Source of the DNA: Escherichia phage DCP80
Sequence record: PQ671644.1
Reading direction: 5' to 3' (one strand)
DNA: 64,000 nucleotides
Shown: piece by piece, positions 9,147 through 17,586 of the stretch
Layout: each line of letters opens with the position of its first letter
Numbering within the stretch: the stretch's first letter is position 1
Notes under the pieces: model-generated
What the model was told of the DNA's origin: nothing
Seen by the model: the letters and a program-made list of their open reading frames with translations, nothing else
Database searches by the model: none
Translations under genes and position numbers: made by a program

Positions 9147-9659
9147 TCAGTAAGAAAGAACGGAAAGATTCCATAATTTATAGTCTTCCCATCTATAAAT
9201 GCTCTCAATAGAGTCCACGCGTAGCGTAGTTCCCGCAGGGAACATCATCTCATCTTCATCATTTACTAATTGTAAGTTTGAAGAACGAGTTATTTCAGGA
9301 TATAGTCCGTTGAACTCTTCAGGAGGTGCCGCACAAATCATTTTAAAAATCGCTTCCTGATAATCAAATGCGAATGGTGCATCATTAATACAGAAAATAT
9401 TTTTGGTTCCATAGAAGCTAAAGGAAGCAAAGTTACGCGCAACACTGAAATCTTTGGAGAAACTCATTACACGGTCAAACTCAATCGTAGCACCAACACA
9501 TCCTACGGTTTCAAGATATGCCAAAGTTTTCTTAGAAATCCCGCGATATAACTTACCAGGCACAGCAGAAGTCAAATTCTTACGAATAATTTTGTTCAAA
9601 GTTTCCTGGATAGTGTCTGGCTTATTTTCCATGCACTGCCAGAGTGTACTCTGTTCCAA
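9147..9659 (-). CDS. ADP-ribosyltransferase-like protein (ModA/ModB-like, R-S-E class)
   Basis: 170 aa; candidate catalytic triad pattern: Arg in LYRGISKK, SFSKDFS (S-x-S), and EDE (ExE) near the C-terminus; position upstream of srd/dda as modA/modB in T4. Confidence 0.5.
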   Translation of the reverse strand: MEQSTLWQCMENKPDTIQETLNKIIRKNLTSAVPGKLYRGISKKTLAYLETVGCVGATIEFDRVMSFSKDFSVARNFASFSFYGTKNIFCINDAPFAFDYQEAIFKMICAAPPEEFNGLYPEITRSSNLQLVNDEDEMMFPAGTTLRVDSIESIYRWEDYKLWNLSVLSY

Positions 9660-9759
9660 CTCAGAGTAAATTTCATCAATTTCAATCTGGGTATTTTCGC
9701 GAAAATATTCACATTTAACTGCATTGATGTACTCTGCTAATTGGTGACTTGCGTACAGC

Positions 9760-9800
9760 NNNNNNNNNNNNNNNNNNNNNNNNNNNNNNNNNNNNNNNNN
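9760..9800. other. N-run (scaffold junction)
   Basis: 41 n. Confidence 0.95.
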
Positions 9801-9818
9801 TGGGTCAAAACAAACATA

Positions 9819-10178
9819 TTAACCTCGCTTCATGAAGGCATTAAAAATCTGGTCATCAATATCAGTAGGCGGTTCTTGAGCTTTGACCCAAGCCCCTTCC
9901 AGAATGTCATTTGCTTCAGTAGATATCATGACCCCAATTTCAGGGTTTCCGGTTATCCATACTGCACAATCGCGGACATTCTTTTTATCAAATGGATAAC
10001 CACGATTATCTTCACAAGGCCCATTCATTGTCATAAATGAACGAGCCTTTATGATAACATCATCTTTAACGATAATATAACCAATCGCCTGATTATAACG
10101 AGGCTCACGAAATTCATAGTGAGCATTACCATTATTATTGCTCACCAGTTCAAAATTCAGAAAATTATAATAACTCAT
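9819..10178 (-). CDS. hypothetical protein (119 aa)
   Basis: ORF ending ...DDQIFNAFMKRG; C-terminal 11 aa shared with the upstream neighbour. Confidence 0.5.
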   Translation of the reverse strand: MSYYNFLNFELVSNNNGNAHYEFREPRYNQAIGYIIVKDDVIIKARSFMTMNGPCEDNRGYPFDKKNVRDCAVWITGNPEIGVMISTEANDILEGAWVKAQEPPTDIDDQIFNAFMKRG

Positions 10179-10179
10179 A

Positions 10180-10620
10180 TTAATCTCGCTTCATGAAGGC
10201 ATTAAAAATTTGGTCGTCAACTGAATATACAGGGGTTTCCAGAAGTTTCAAAAGACTGTTTTTAATGTACTTACCCGGGATACCCATATTAACAATACTG
10301 TCATTCAATTCATTATCAGGGTTGATGTCTTTAAATTCAAACCCATCAAATTCAACCTTGTCAGGAATACCATCAGCGAAAAAATAAACCAATTGGTGCA
10401 TTGTATTGCGCGAAAATAATTTAGACTTGACCGCAATAAGTTCTTGCCAATGGTTTAATTCTTTGTTAAGAAGTTTATGAGCAAACGTAATTCTATTATC
10501 ACTATCAACAAGAAAATAACCCAGGTATTGAATGGGTTCGTCGCTCCAAAACATCCTGTATGCTTGTGCATTTTGATTTTTACAACGAAGTTTTTTGATA
10601 ACTAGAGTTCTGTTAATCAT
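10180..10620 (-). CDS. hypothetical protein (147 aa; 61.2 position)
   Basis: ATG at 10620 lies 1 nt after the sp stop (TAAAATG coupling); ends ...DDQIFNAFMKRD. Confidence 0.5.
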   Translation of the reverse strand: MINRTLVIKKLRCKNQNAQAYRMFWSDEPIQYLGYFLVDSDNRITFAHKLLNKELNHWQELIAVKSKLFSRNTMHQLVYFFADGIPDKVEFDGFEFKDINPDNELNDSIVNMGIPGKYIKNSLLKLLETPVYSVDDQIFNAFMKRD

Positions 10621-10621
10621 T

Positions 10622-10915
10622 TTATTCACCTGTAACCCATTGAACAATCTTGCTGTTGTCAAATGAAGCATCGCAATACAGAACATAGTTATACTGCATA
10701 ACATCACCAGAAGTCAATTGGTCAGATACTTCTTTAACCATATCAGGACGGTCACGTTTAGTAATATTCATGATGTCAGCATAAATCTGATGTTCAACAT
10801 CAGCCTGGTCAGCAGTCATGGACCACTCGCAAAGGTCTTTATCAAGTCCAGCAGTAACTGGAGCTGTGCCACATGATGCTACGGTAAGAATTGCTGCGAT
10901 TAATAACTTTTTCAT
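10622..10915 (-). CDS. sp: spackle periplasmic protein (Sp)
   Basis: 97 aa (as T4 Sp) with signal peptide MKKLLIAAILTVASC and DKDLCEWSMTADQ, DIMNI.KRDRP, VMQYNYVLYCD motifs. Confidence 0.85.
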   Translation of the reverse strand: MKKLLIAAILTVASCGTAPVTAGLDKDLCEWSMTADQADVEHQIYADIMNITKRDRPDMVKEVSDQLTSGDVMQYNYVLYCDASFDNSKIVQWVTGE

Positions 10916-10943
10916 TTCAATCTCCTCAGTAGTTGATAGGGAT

Positions 10944-10973
10944 AATATACTGCATTATCCCTATGTTGTACAC
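10944..10973 (-). promoter_or_regulatory. T4-type early promoter
   Basis: Minus strand GTGTAC-18nt-GATAAT, then CTATCAACTACTGAGGAG leader. Confidence 0.45.
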
Positions 10974-11177
10974 TTATTTTTCGTTAGAACGATAATCATA
11001 TTCAAAAACTTTATTGTCATTAACAAAGGCTTTAACCAGTGCATTATTCACTTCTGCATACTGCACTGTAATCCATTCAATCATATTTTTGTCACTGACA
11101 TCTAGCGCGGTTTCTTTGGTAAACATATTACCATTTTCAAACCAACCAATAAACACTACGTTCTCTAATTTATACAT
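10974..11177 (-). CDS. dmd: Dmd (discriminator of mRNA degradation; antitoxin of RnlA/LsoA)
   Basis: 67 aa; matches T4 Dmd (VVFMGWF.N..MFTKE, QYAEVN.ALVKAF.DD.KV). Confidence 0.8.
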   Translation of the reverse strand: MYKLENVVFIGWFENGNMFTKETALDVSDKNMIEWITVQYAEVNNALVKAFVNDNKVFEYDYRSNEK

Positions 11178-11495
11178 TTAGATTTCCTCACAAAACGCCC
11201 AGGCGGCGTGATAAACTGTTGCACCTTTAGTGTCATTTAAACAAACCACGTCAACAGGTGCAATCACACGATAAAGACGGGGTTCTCCTCCATATGAGCG
11301 AGCTGCTCTTCCTGCATAGATACGCGCCAAACCAATATCTTCAGTAAAAAACACACGCCCTAAATTTTTCTTACGCCCAACTTCTGACAGAACACCAGTT
11401 GCATCAGGAGGACAAAGCATATTTTGGATTCCAGCATTAGAGCTTGAGCCATGATAATAAACTTTGTATTCTGCCTTGCAATCAATGGTTTTCAT
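11178..11495 (-). CDS. hypothetical protein (105 aa) with H-G-S / Y / E pattern
   Basis: Stop abuts the dmd start (co-transcribed); GGAG RBS; contains VYYHGSSS, RVFFTED, RLYRV segments loosely reminiscent of H-Y-E-type NAD-binding folds (speculative). Confidence 0.5.
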   Translation of the reverse strand: MKTIDCKAEYKVYYHGSSSNAGIQNMLCPPDATGVLSEVGRKKNLGRVFFTEDIGLARIYAGRAARSYGGEPRLYRVIAPVDVVCLNDTKGATVYHAAWAFCEEI

Positions 11496-11530
11496 TTTAT
11501 TCTCCAGTAGTTGATAGGGTCATTATAACA

Positions 11531-11558
11531 TAAGAAAAAGGGGCTTACAGCCCCTTTG
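11531..11558 (-). terminator. hairpin terminator after the 100-aa gene
   Basis: GGGGC-TTACA-GCCCC hairpin followed by U-run on the minus strand. Confidence 0.5.
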
Positions 11559-11563
11559 TTCAC

Positions 11564-11866
11564 TTACGCCAACTCATAGTTGTGCATAGTCAGACAACGA
11601 ATTTTCCCAGTAGTTGGGTGCATAACAGTCACACTAATTGTGTAATCATCACACACGTTAACAAAAGGTTCGGCGATAACATATACTGCCCCACCTGCCA
11701 ACAGGTACTCACGAAGAGAGCTGCGAACAGATGAAGGTTGAACATCGCTTTTGAGCTTTATTAATTTACCAGTTTGAATGCCTGATGCGATAAGAGCAGC
11801 ACAGTTTTCATCACGGCGAGCGAACTGACCAAAATAGTAACGGTTCATATCGGTTTGATTAAACAT
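11564..11866 (-). CDS. hypothetical protein (100 aa)
   Basis: ORF with early promoter upstream and terminator downstream; no family recognised. Confidence 0.5.
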   Translation of the reverse strand: MFNQTDMNRYYFGQFARRDENCAALIASGIQTGKLIKLKSDVQPSSVRSSLREYLLAGGAVYVIAEPFVNVCDDYTISVTVMHPTTGKIRCLTMHNYELA

Positions 11867-11915
11867 ATGGTTTTCCTTTTAACAGTTGGTTTATTGTGTA
11901 ACTCAGTATGGAATC

Positions 11916-11945
11916 ATTATGTCCTAAGACAAGGGGCTTGTACAC
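11916..11945 (-). promoter_or_regulatory. T4-type early promoter
   Basis: Minus strand GTGTAC-18nt-CATAAT then GATTCCATACTGAGTTAC leader. Confidence 0.5.
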
Positions 11946-12193
11946 TATTTTAATTCATTAATTAAATGAAAATCTTGTGCATTGAAAGTAATGAAAAAAT
12001 AATCATTCCCTTCAACTGAAGCATGACAGGCAACACTACACCAGCGCCTTGCTCTGTTCAAGGAGCAATCCAAAATTTTAAAAGGCTTCAGACCAACAAT
12101 GGCAGCTGTTCTTTTATTATGCTCACAAATATCAGCATACTTTTGGAGAGCTTCTTCAGATTTGAACTGGTAATGCACATTAACTAATAACAT
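11945..12193 (-). CDS. hypothetical protein (82 aa)
   Basis: ORF with GAGGA RBS and own early promoter between gene 41 and dmd. Confidence 0.5.
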   Translation of the reverse strand: MLLVNVHYQFKSEEALQKYADICEHNKRTAAIVGLKPFKILDCSLNRARRWCSVACHASVEGNDYFFITFNAQDFHLINELK

Positions 12194-12224
12194 TTTATTA
12201 TCCTCATCAGTAGTTGATGGGATA

Positions 12225-12254
12225 ATAGTACACCCTTTTTATGGTGATGTAAAC
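12225..12254 (-). promoter_or_regulatory. T4-type early promoter (GTTTAC / TACTAT)
   Basis: Minus strand GTTTAC-18nt-TACTAT then CATCAACTACTGATGAGGA leader. Confidence 0.4.
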
Positions 12255-12261
12255 CTCTAAA

Positions 12262-12286
12262 TGAAAAAGACCCGAAGGTCTTTAGA
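12262..12286 (-). terminator. terminator after gene 41
   Basis: AAGACC-CGAA-GGTCTT hairpin with U-run on the minus strand just past the gene 41 stop. Confidence 0.5.
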
Positions 12287-13721
12287 ATTTCATTTGAGCA
12301 GCAAGGTCGTCCAGGTCGCTCCTGTTGACCCTGGTTTGTCTATTCATTTCAGCCTGACGATTCATCTCACCGGTGGCTTCTTTAACCGTAGGGCCTTGTT
12401 TAGGAGCTGAATCATCATCAACCTCGTACCAGCGCTGATTACCTTTCTTAACACCCATCTTGAATTTATTATAGTAGTTCTTATCGCCATAACGAGACTT
12501 AAGCTGTTTGATTAACTGTAGTCCCATTTGAGCGAATTCTTCGGTCTCAACAACACCCAACATAAAGTCGGCCGTGTGAGCAATACCAAAGGATTCTGCG
12601 ATGTCAGCCATATCAATCTCAGCTGCAACGTTCGCACCCCTGGTTGTCTGCGCTGCAGTCCACAGGACTACATTTTTCTCAACAGCCAGACCACGAAGTT
12701 CTTCTGCAACCATCTTAATCAGGCCGTAACTGTTTTCGGTAAACGTTTTCAGTCTTGAGCTTGCACAGATTGCCAGGTAGTCAACAATAATCACATCCGG
12801 CACAAACCCTTGCTTCAGTTTGTATTCATTCAATAATGCACGGAAGGTATCTGCATGAGCGCCGCCAGTTGGATATTGTTTTATCTTCAGAGTCCCAAGA
12901 GTCCCGGAAGCACGCCACTTTTCCATCTTAGCTTTATATTCCGCCCATGATATATGACCTTCATCAATATCATCCAGAGATACATCCAGCAAGTTGGCAT
13001 CAATACGTTTGGCACATACTTCTTCAGCCATTTCCATGCTTATATAAAGAACATTATGACCAGTCTGAAGATAGTCAGCAGCTAACGAACAAAGTCCAAG
13101 AGATTTACCGACGTTTGTCCCGGCCAGTAAAACGTTCTCTGTACCGTACTCAACCCCACCCTTTGTGATTTTATTCAGGATGTTAATACGGAACGGAACC
13201 TTCTTCGATTTGTTCAGATAAGTCTGGAATCGAGCTTCGTAATCGTTTAACCAGTCATGGCCCAGAGCAGAGTCAAAACAGATAGACAATGCATCGCGCA
13301 TGATGTCGGGGATAGCACCAATATCCGGGATTCGTTTATCACGTTTATCTTTCGGAAGTTCGGCATTACTCTGGATTTCGATAATCCTGGATGTGGCATT
13401 GAACATCGCAGACTTCTGCACATACTTCTCGGTTTCTTTAACCAACCATTCCTGGTCTTCTGGAGTATCGGCCAGGACTCCTAAGAGTTTCTTTGTGCCT
13501 TCATATTCGACTTCAGAAAGGTCAGAACTGTCGAGCGCGATATCAAGTGCAGTCTTAGTTGGTACCGCTTGATATTCTTTTACGTGTTCGTTAATCGTAT
13601 TAAAAAGAGTCTTCGCGGGACCCTTTTCAAAATATGTGTTATTCAGATACGGCCAGACTTTAACAAAATATTCCTTGTTAAAGAGTAGCTGGGATAAAAT
13701 AGTTTCTACCACTTCCACCAC
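12282..13721 (-). CDS. 41: replicative DNA helicase gp41 (DnaB-like)
   Basis: 479 aa; matches T4 gp41 length and motifs (Walker A GTNVGKS, ISMEMAEE); uvsX-40-41 order. Confidence 0.92.
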   Translation of the reverse strand: MVEVVETILSQLLFNKEYFVKVWPYLNNTYFEKGPAKTLFNTINEHVKEYQAVPTKTALDIALDSSDLSEVEYEGTKKLLGVLADTPEDQEWLVKETEKYVQKSAMFNATSRIIEIQSNAELPKDKRDKRIPDIGAIPDIMRDALSICFDSALGHDWLNDYEARFQTYLNKSKKVPFRINILNKITKGGVEYGTENVLLAGTNVGKSLGLCSLAADYLQTGHNVLYISMEMAEEVCAKRIDANLLDVSLDDIDEGHISWAEYKAKMEKWRASGTLGTLKIKQYPTGGAHADTFRALLNEYKLKQGFVPDVIIVDYLAICASSRLKTFTENSYGLIKMVAEELRGLAVEKNVVLWTAAQTTRGANVAAEIDMADIAESFGIAHTADFMLGVVETEEFAQMGLQLIKQLKSRYGDKNYYNKFKMGVKKGNQRWYEVDDDSAPKQGPTVKEATGEMNRQAEMNRQTRVNRSDLDDLAAQMKF

Positions 13722-14050
13722 CTCTTTTTCATTTTAATTTTATCAATTTCATCTTGTATTTGCATTGTAACACACTTTTCTACATGCACAGCAAGCTCCG
13801 CTTTGCGGTCTTCAGAAGGGGTGCCGAAATCAACTGAAACTTTTCCAGATGGTTCAATTTTAATTCCGGTTACGTACACAATGTGACTGGACCCATCAGG
13901 GAGTGATAACAGAATTTCCTGTCGTACGGTTCCCATGGATTGCCGGATAATCTCCAAACTTTTTTCGTAGTAAGGTACAGAAGGAGCCTTAGCTCCCTCC
14001 GCATCTTTCTCGAAATTATCTAAATCAGATAAATCGATATCATTCATCAA
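13706..14050 (-). CDS. 40: gp40-position protein (head vertex assembly factor in T4)
   Basis: 114-aa ORF between uvsX and 41 as in T4; identification by position and size only. Confidence 0.55.
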   Translation of the reverse strand: MMNDIDLSDLDNFEKDAEGAKAPSVPYYEKSLEIIRQSMGTVRQEILLSLPDGSSHIVYVTGIKIEPSGKVSVDFGTPSEDRKAELAVHVEKCVTMQIQDEIDKIKMKKRWWKW

Positions 14051-15030
14051 GGTCTTCCATCATATCTAAATCGTTTTCGATATCTGCCGCAGACGGTTTT
14101 GTCTTACCTTCAGGAGCAGTGTATTTTTCAACCTTGGAGGCAATAAGCGCATCAACTTCGGCATCAACAACAGCATTGCTATCGATTGCACCCAGCTGGT
14201 AATGGCGTTTGATTGCGTCACGGAAAGGTTCGTGCTTGAACAACGGGCCCCAGAATTCGGTGCAGTTAGTATCTTTTGCGCGCCATGATTTTTCTTCGCG
14301 GACCATTTCACCGGTCTCAACATCAAGATATTCACGGTTATACCAACCAACTTTCGGTTTCACCACAAATCCGATTTCCATTGCCATATCAAGCAGGCCA
14401 GAATACGGGTCAATACCGCCATCGAATTTTACATCAATGAAGAATTTACTTTTCTCTTTGACCATACGAGATTTTTCGGCGTTCAGAACAAATTGGAAAC
14501 CTTCAAGTTCTTTACCAGTTTCTTTAATCTGGCGTTTGCCGATAATGAATACGGTGTCTGCGGAATACATAACACCTGTACCACCGGTCATAACGGTTTT
14601 GCTATACATCTCAATCGTCTCGATTGTATGGTTAACCGCGACACAAGGAATATCCTTGATGCTAAAATATGGAGTAACAATACGGAACAGAGATTTCAGG
14701 GATTTGGCACGAGTCATATCGCCAACAACTTTTTCGTTCATCGCATCTTCTGTTTCTTTTTTCGACGCCATGTTACCGATTGAGTCAATAAAGATAATGA
14801 CTTTTTCACCACGCTCAATTGCTTCAAGCTGGTTAACCATATCAACTTTCAATTGTTCAACCGACTGGATTGGTGTGTGGATAACACGTTCCGGGTCAAC
14901 TTTCATTGCACGAAGATAGGCTTCTGTGATACCAAATTCTGAATCATAGAACAAACAGATTGCATCGGGGTATTTGTTCATATATGCAGAGACCATCGTT
15001 AAACCCATATTGGATTTAAAGTGTTTTGAC
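14040..15030 (-). CDS. uvsX: UvsX recombinase (RecA-like), N-terminus lost in N-run
   Basis: RecA-fold core (FIDSIGNMASKKE) and C-terminal acidic tail; frame runs into the gap. Confidence 0.9.
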
Positions 15031-15080
15031 NNNNNNNNNNNNNNNNNNNNNNNNNNNNNNNNNNNNNNNNNNNNNNNNNN
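15031..15080. other. N-run (scaffold junction)
   Basis: 50 n; gene 62 and regA expected after 44 in T4 are absent, so the flanks are not contiguous. Confidence 0.95.
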
Positions 15081-15125
15081 ACGCAACCTCATGTTCGTTT
15101 AATTGAACGTCATCATCAAAGAGAC

Positions 15126-16085
15126 TTACAGCCATTTCATTTCCCCAGCCAGTTGAGCAAACAGATAAGTCAAGTGAACTTCGGTATTGGCCGCAATGCC
15201 ATGATACTGATTGTTCTCACCTACAATCTCATACATGCGGATGATACTTGCACCAGTCAGTTTGCCATACATTTCATCAGCCAGCTTTGCAATGAAGCTT
15301 GAATAATCATTTGCATGTTTAGGAGCCAGACCACGAAGAACTTTAAAGTTACGGTCTTTAAGGGCATCAATCACATCATCAATTGGCGTGCGATTGTTTG
15401 TCACGATACTCAGAATACCAGAATCGATAACACCCTTTGCAGAGTAACGGTCAAGCTCGTTAATTGTCTTACGCAGGTCCGGGAAGTTATGCTTAACCAG
15501 AGCAGCAACAACTTTCAGGTCTTCGATTTCAACGCCTTCGTTTTTACATACCGCAACTGCACGATGAATCATCTCTTTCATCATGGTAGTCTGGTCAGCC
15601 GGAGTTGCTTCACCGAACTTAATGACGCGACAACGAGACTGCAACGGAGTGATAATGCCATCGATATTGTTCGCGGTCATAATGATTGAACAGTTGCTCG
15701 AATAAGCTTCCATAAAGCTACGAAGATGCCGTTGTGATTCGGCCAGACCTGCACGGTCAAACTCATCGATAACGATTACCTTACGGCGACCTTCGATTGA
15801 TTTGGATGATGCAAAGCGAGTCAATTCATTACGCACAAAGTCAATTCGACAATCGGAGCCGTTAACAAACAGCATATCAGAATTCGTATCTGCGCACATA
15901 GCTTTTGCAACTGTTGTCTTACCAGTACCAGGGGAACTACTGACCAGAATCAAGTTAGGAATCAAACCTTTTTTAACAATCGCCTCTAATGTTTCTTTAT
16001 CATGAGCCGGGAGAATACACTCTGATAATGTACCTGGGCGGTATTTTTGTTCCCACATGAATTCTTTGTCATTAACCGTTAACAT
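15126..16085 (-). CDS. 44: clamp loader large subunit gp44 (AAA+)
   Basis: 319 aa (same as T4 gp44); N-terminus EQKYRP..L.ECILPA.DKET and Walker A SPGTGKTTVAKA. Confidence 0.92.
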   Translation of the reverse strand: MLTVNDKEFMWEQKYRPGTLSECILPAHDKETLEAIVKKGLIPNLILVSSSPGTGKTTVAKAMCADTNSDMLFVNGSDCRIDFVRNELTRFASSKSIEGRRKVIVIDEFDRAGLAESQRHLRSFMEAYSSNCSIIMTANNIDGIITPLQSRCRVIKFGEATPADQTTMMKEMIHRAVAVCKNEGVEIEDLKVVAALVKHNFPDLRKTINELDRYSAKGVIDSGILSIVTNNRTPIDDVIDALKDRNFKVLRGLAPKHANDYSSFIAKLADEMYGKLTGASIIRMYEIVGENNQYHGIAANTEVHLTYLFAQLAGEMKWL

Positions 16086-16119
16086 ATATTTTCCTCATAT
16101 TAGTTTCTACTTTGTACTC

Positions 16120-16137
16120 CATGGGGCCGAAGCCCCA
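16120..16137 (-). other. intercistronic C(UUCG)G RNA hairpin between genes 45 and 44
   Basis: GGGGC-UUCG-GCCCC on the minus strand; no following U-run. Confidence 0.5.
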
Positions 16138-16141
16138 TTTA

Positions 16142-16837
16142 TTAATCTTGGAATTCGTGGCTAGAGCCTTGTTCCATTGCAATCACATAGCTTGCTTGTG
16201 TGCCTTCAAACTTCGTAGCAAATTTATCATCTTTCGCCCAAAGCATAACACGGTAATCAGCCGGAATCATTTTCATGTTCAGTTTGTTAATGATAAATTT
16301 AAACGCTGCATCACCTTCGTAATCGCCACACACCAGGGAATACAATGGACGCGCCAATTCTTTATCTTCGAGCTGGTTATAACCATGGATAACAATCTTA
16401 CCGTCTTTGTTGGTGATTGCAAAAGTATCCAGAGACAAACCACCAGCCACACGCAGAAGCTGCTGCAGGTCACTGCCTTTCAGGTCGAAGATAACCTTAG
16501 CTACCGGGAAAGGAATCTTCTTAGCAGGGAACACGATAGTGCTCGGGTCAGCCGCAGGCCAGTGAATCGTTGAACGTTGGTCTTTGATAATGATATTTGA
16601 TGCGTCTTCAGCCAGAGATACTTCAGCTTGGTCAGTTACCAGGCCCAGGATACTTAAGAAGCCGTTCAGGTCATAAATCGCAGCTTCAAAGTCAATTGTA
16701 TCATTGATTTCGGATTCGCCATATGACGCTCCAGTTACAGAACGAGTCAGGATGGTATTACCCGGCTTAAGCATAATGCCAGAGTAAATGGAGGTGAAAT
16801 TTTTCAATACCGCGATTGTGTCCTTTGAGAATTTCAT
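16142..16837 (-). CDS. 45: sliding clamp gp45
   Basis: 231 aa; matches T4 gp45 nearly end to end (SGIMLK, IDF..AIYDLNGFL, WPAADPST, FINMKM.P..Y...LWAK, KFEG). Confidence 0.93.
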   Translation of the reverse strand: MKFSKDTIAVLKNFTSIYSGIMLKPGNTILTRSVTGASYGESEINDTIDFEAAIYDLNGFLSILGLVTDQAEVSLAEDASNIIIKDQRSTIHWPAADPSTIVFPAKKIPFPVAKVIFDLKGSDLQQLLRVAGGLSLDTFAITNKDGKIVIHGYNQLEDKELARPLYSLVCGDYEGDAAFKFIINKLNMKMIPADYRVMLWAKDDKFATKFEGTQASYVIAMEQGSSHEFQD

Positions 16838-16876
16838 GTAATTACCTTTTATTCAATATTCAGTTAATGAGAATTA

Positions 16877-16901
16877 ATTATACAACGTTTGTTAACAAGC
16901 A
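16877..16901 (-). promoter_or_regulatory. middle promoter (MotA box TGCTTGT + -10 TATAAT) for gene 45
   Basis: MotA-box-like TGCTTGT 12 nt upstream of TATAAT on the minus strand; T4 gene 45 is known to have a middle promoter. Confidence 0.5.
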
Positions 16902-16902
16902 G

Positions 16903-17310
16903 TTAAGCAACAACTACCATTTGTTTGCGGATAGCTTCCGGAAGAGATTCAATATACTCTGGAAGTTGCGCAGCAATAATAGAACCAGCTTGCACCAGAT
17001 GGTCGTCCGAGTTAACACAATAATCATCTTCAAGACGTTCGGAACCATCACGGTCGATAACCAGTTTAGCACCAGCGGCCAGTGAATCATTGTAGTGATT
17101 ACGCATCAGTTCAATCCACTTATCAGATACATCAGTATCAATCACACCGTACAGCATGAATTTAATTTCTTGTGGCAGAGACTGCAGACGGGTAGCAGAT
17201 GCTTCATCACATGCCAGGACCCAGGATTTGCGAACACGGTTTTGGTTATGTGGGTTAGCGTCGGTGCGGATGGTTTTAACTTGGATATCTTTAGCAGTTA
17301 CGTTGTTCAT
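16903..17310 (-). CDS. rpbA: RNA polymerase-binding protein RpbA-like (by position)
   Basis: ORF between 46-side genes and 45; start set to ATG 17310 (GAGAG RBS); track ORF starts at TTG 17334. Confidence 0.45.
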   Translation of the reverse strand: MNNVTAKDIQVKTIRTDANPHNQNRVRKSWVLACDEASATRLQSLPQEIKFMLYGVIDTDVSDKWIELMRNHYNDSLAAGAKLVIDRDGSERLEDDYCVNSDDHLVQAGSIIAAQLPEYIESLPEAIRKQMVVVA

Positions 17311-17334
17311 AATATTCTCTCTATTCATTATCAA

Positions 17335-17586
17335 TTAATCAAAGTATTCATATGCGAACCAGGCATTGTGTCTGTTCGCGATTATTTTAACATATTCTTC
17401 GCCGAAAGCGTTTTGTAAGTCACGTTCAGTAACAAGGTGTTCATCTTTCGAAAAGGTATTAACTAACACATACCGTTTAATTTCAGGGACAGCCAGTAAA
17501 TGCTGCCCGGTTAAGAAGTCAGCCATAATAGCCTCTATTATAACATCCTTGTTTAAAGCATTATTCCATAACAGTGAATCGACCAA
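17335..17586 (-). CDS. hypothetical protein (83 aa)
   Basis: ORF overlapping gene 46 3' end; small conserved-position ORF. Confidence 0.45.
   Translation of the reverse strand: MVDSLLWNNALNKDVIIEAIMADFLTGQHLLAVPEIKRYVLVNTFSKDEHLVTERDLQNAFGEEYVKIIANRHNAWFAYEYFD

Noticed and set aside
9741-10040. ORFs whose translations run through N-runs (also 19490..20383, 37730..38023, 41910..42254, 60303..60608)
   Set aside because: Frames across N-runs are artefacts of arbitrary gap length; only the sequence-supported portions were annotated.
14209-14919. 236-aa plus-strand ORF opposite uvsX
   Set aside because: Antisense to a confidently identified RecA-like gene; low-complexity Ser/Ile-rich translation; shadow ORF.
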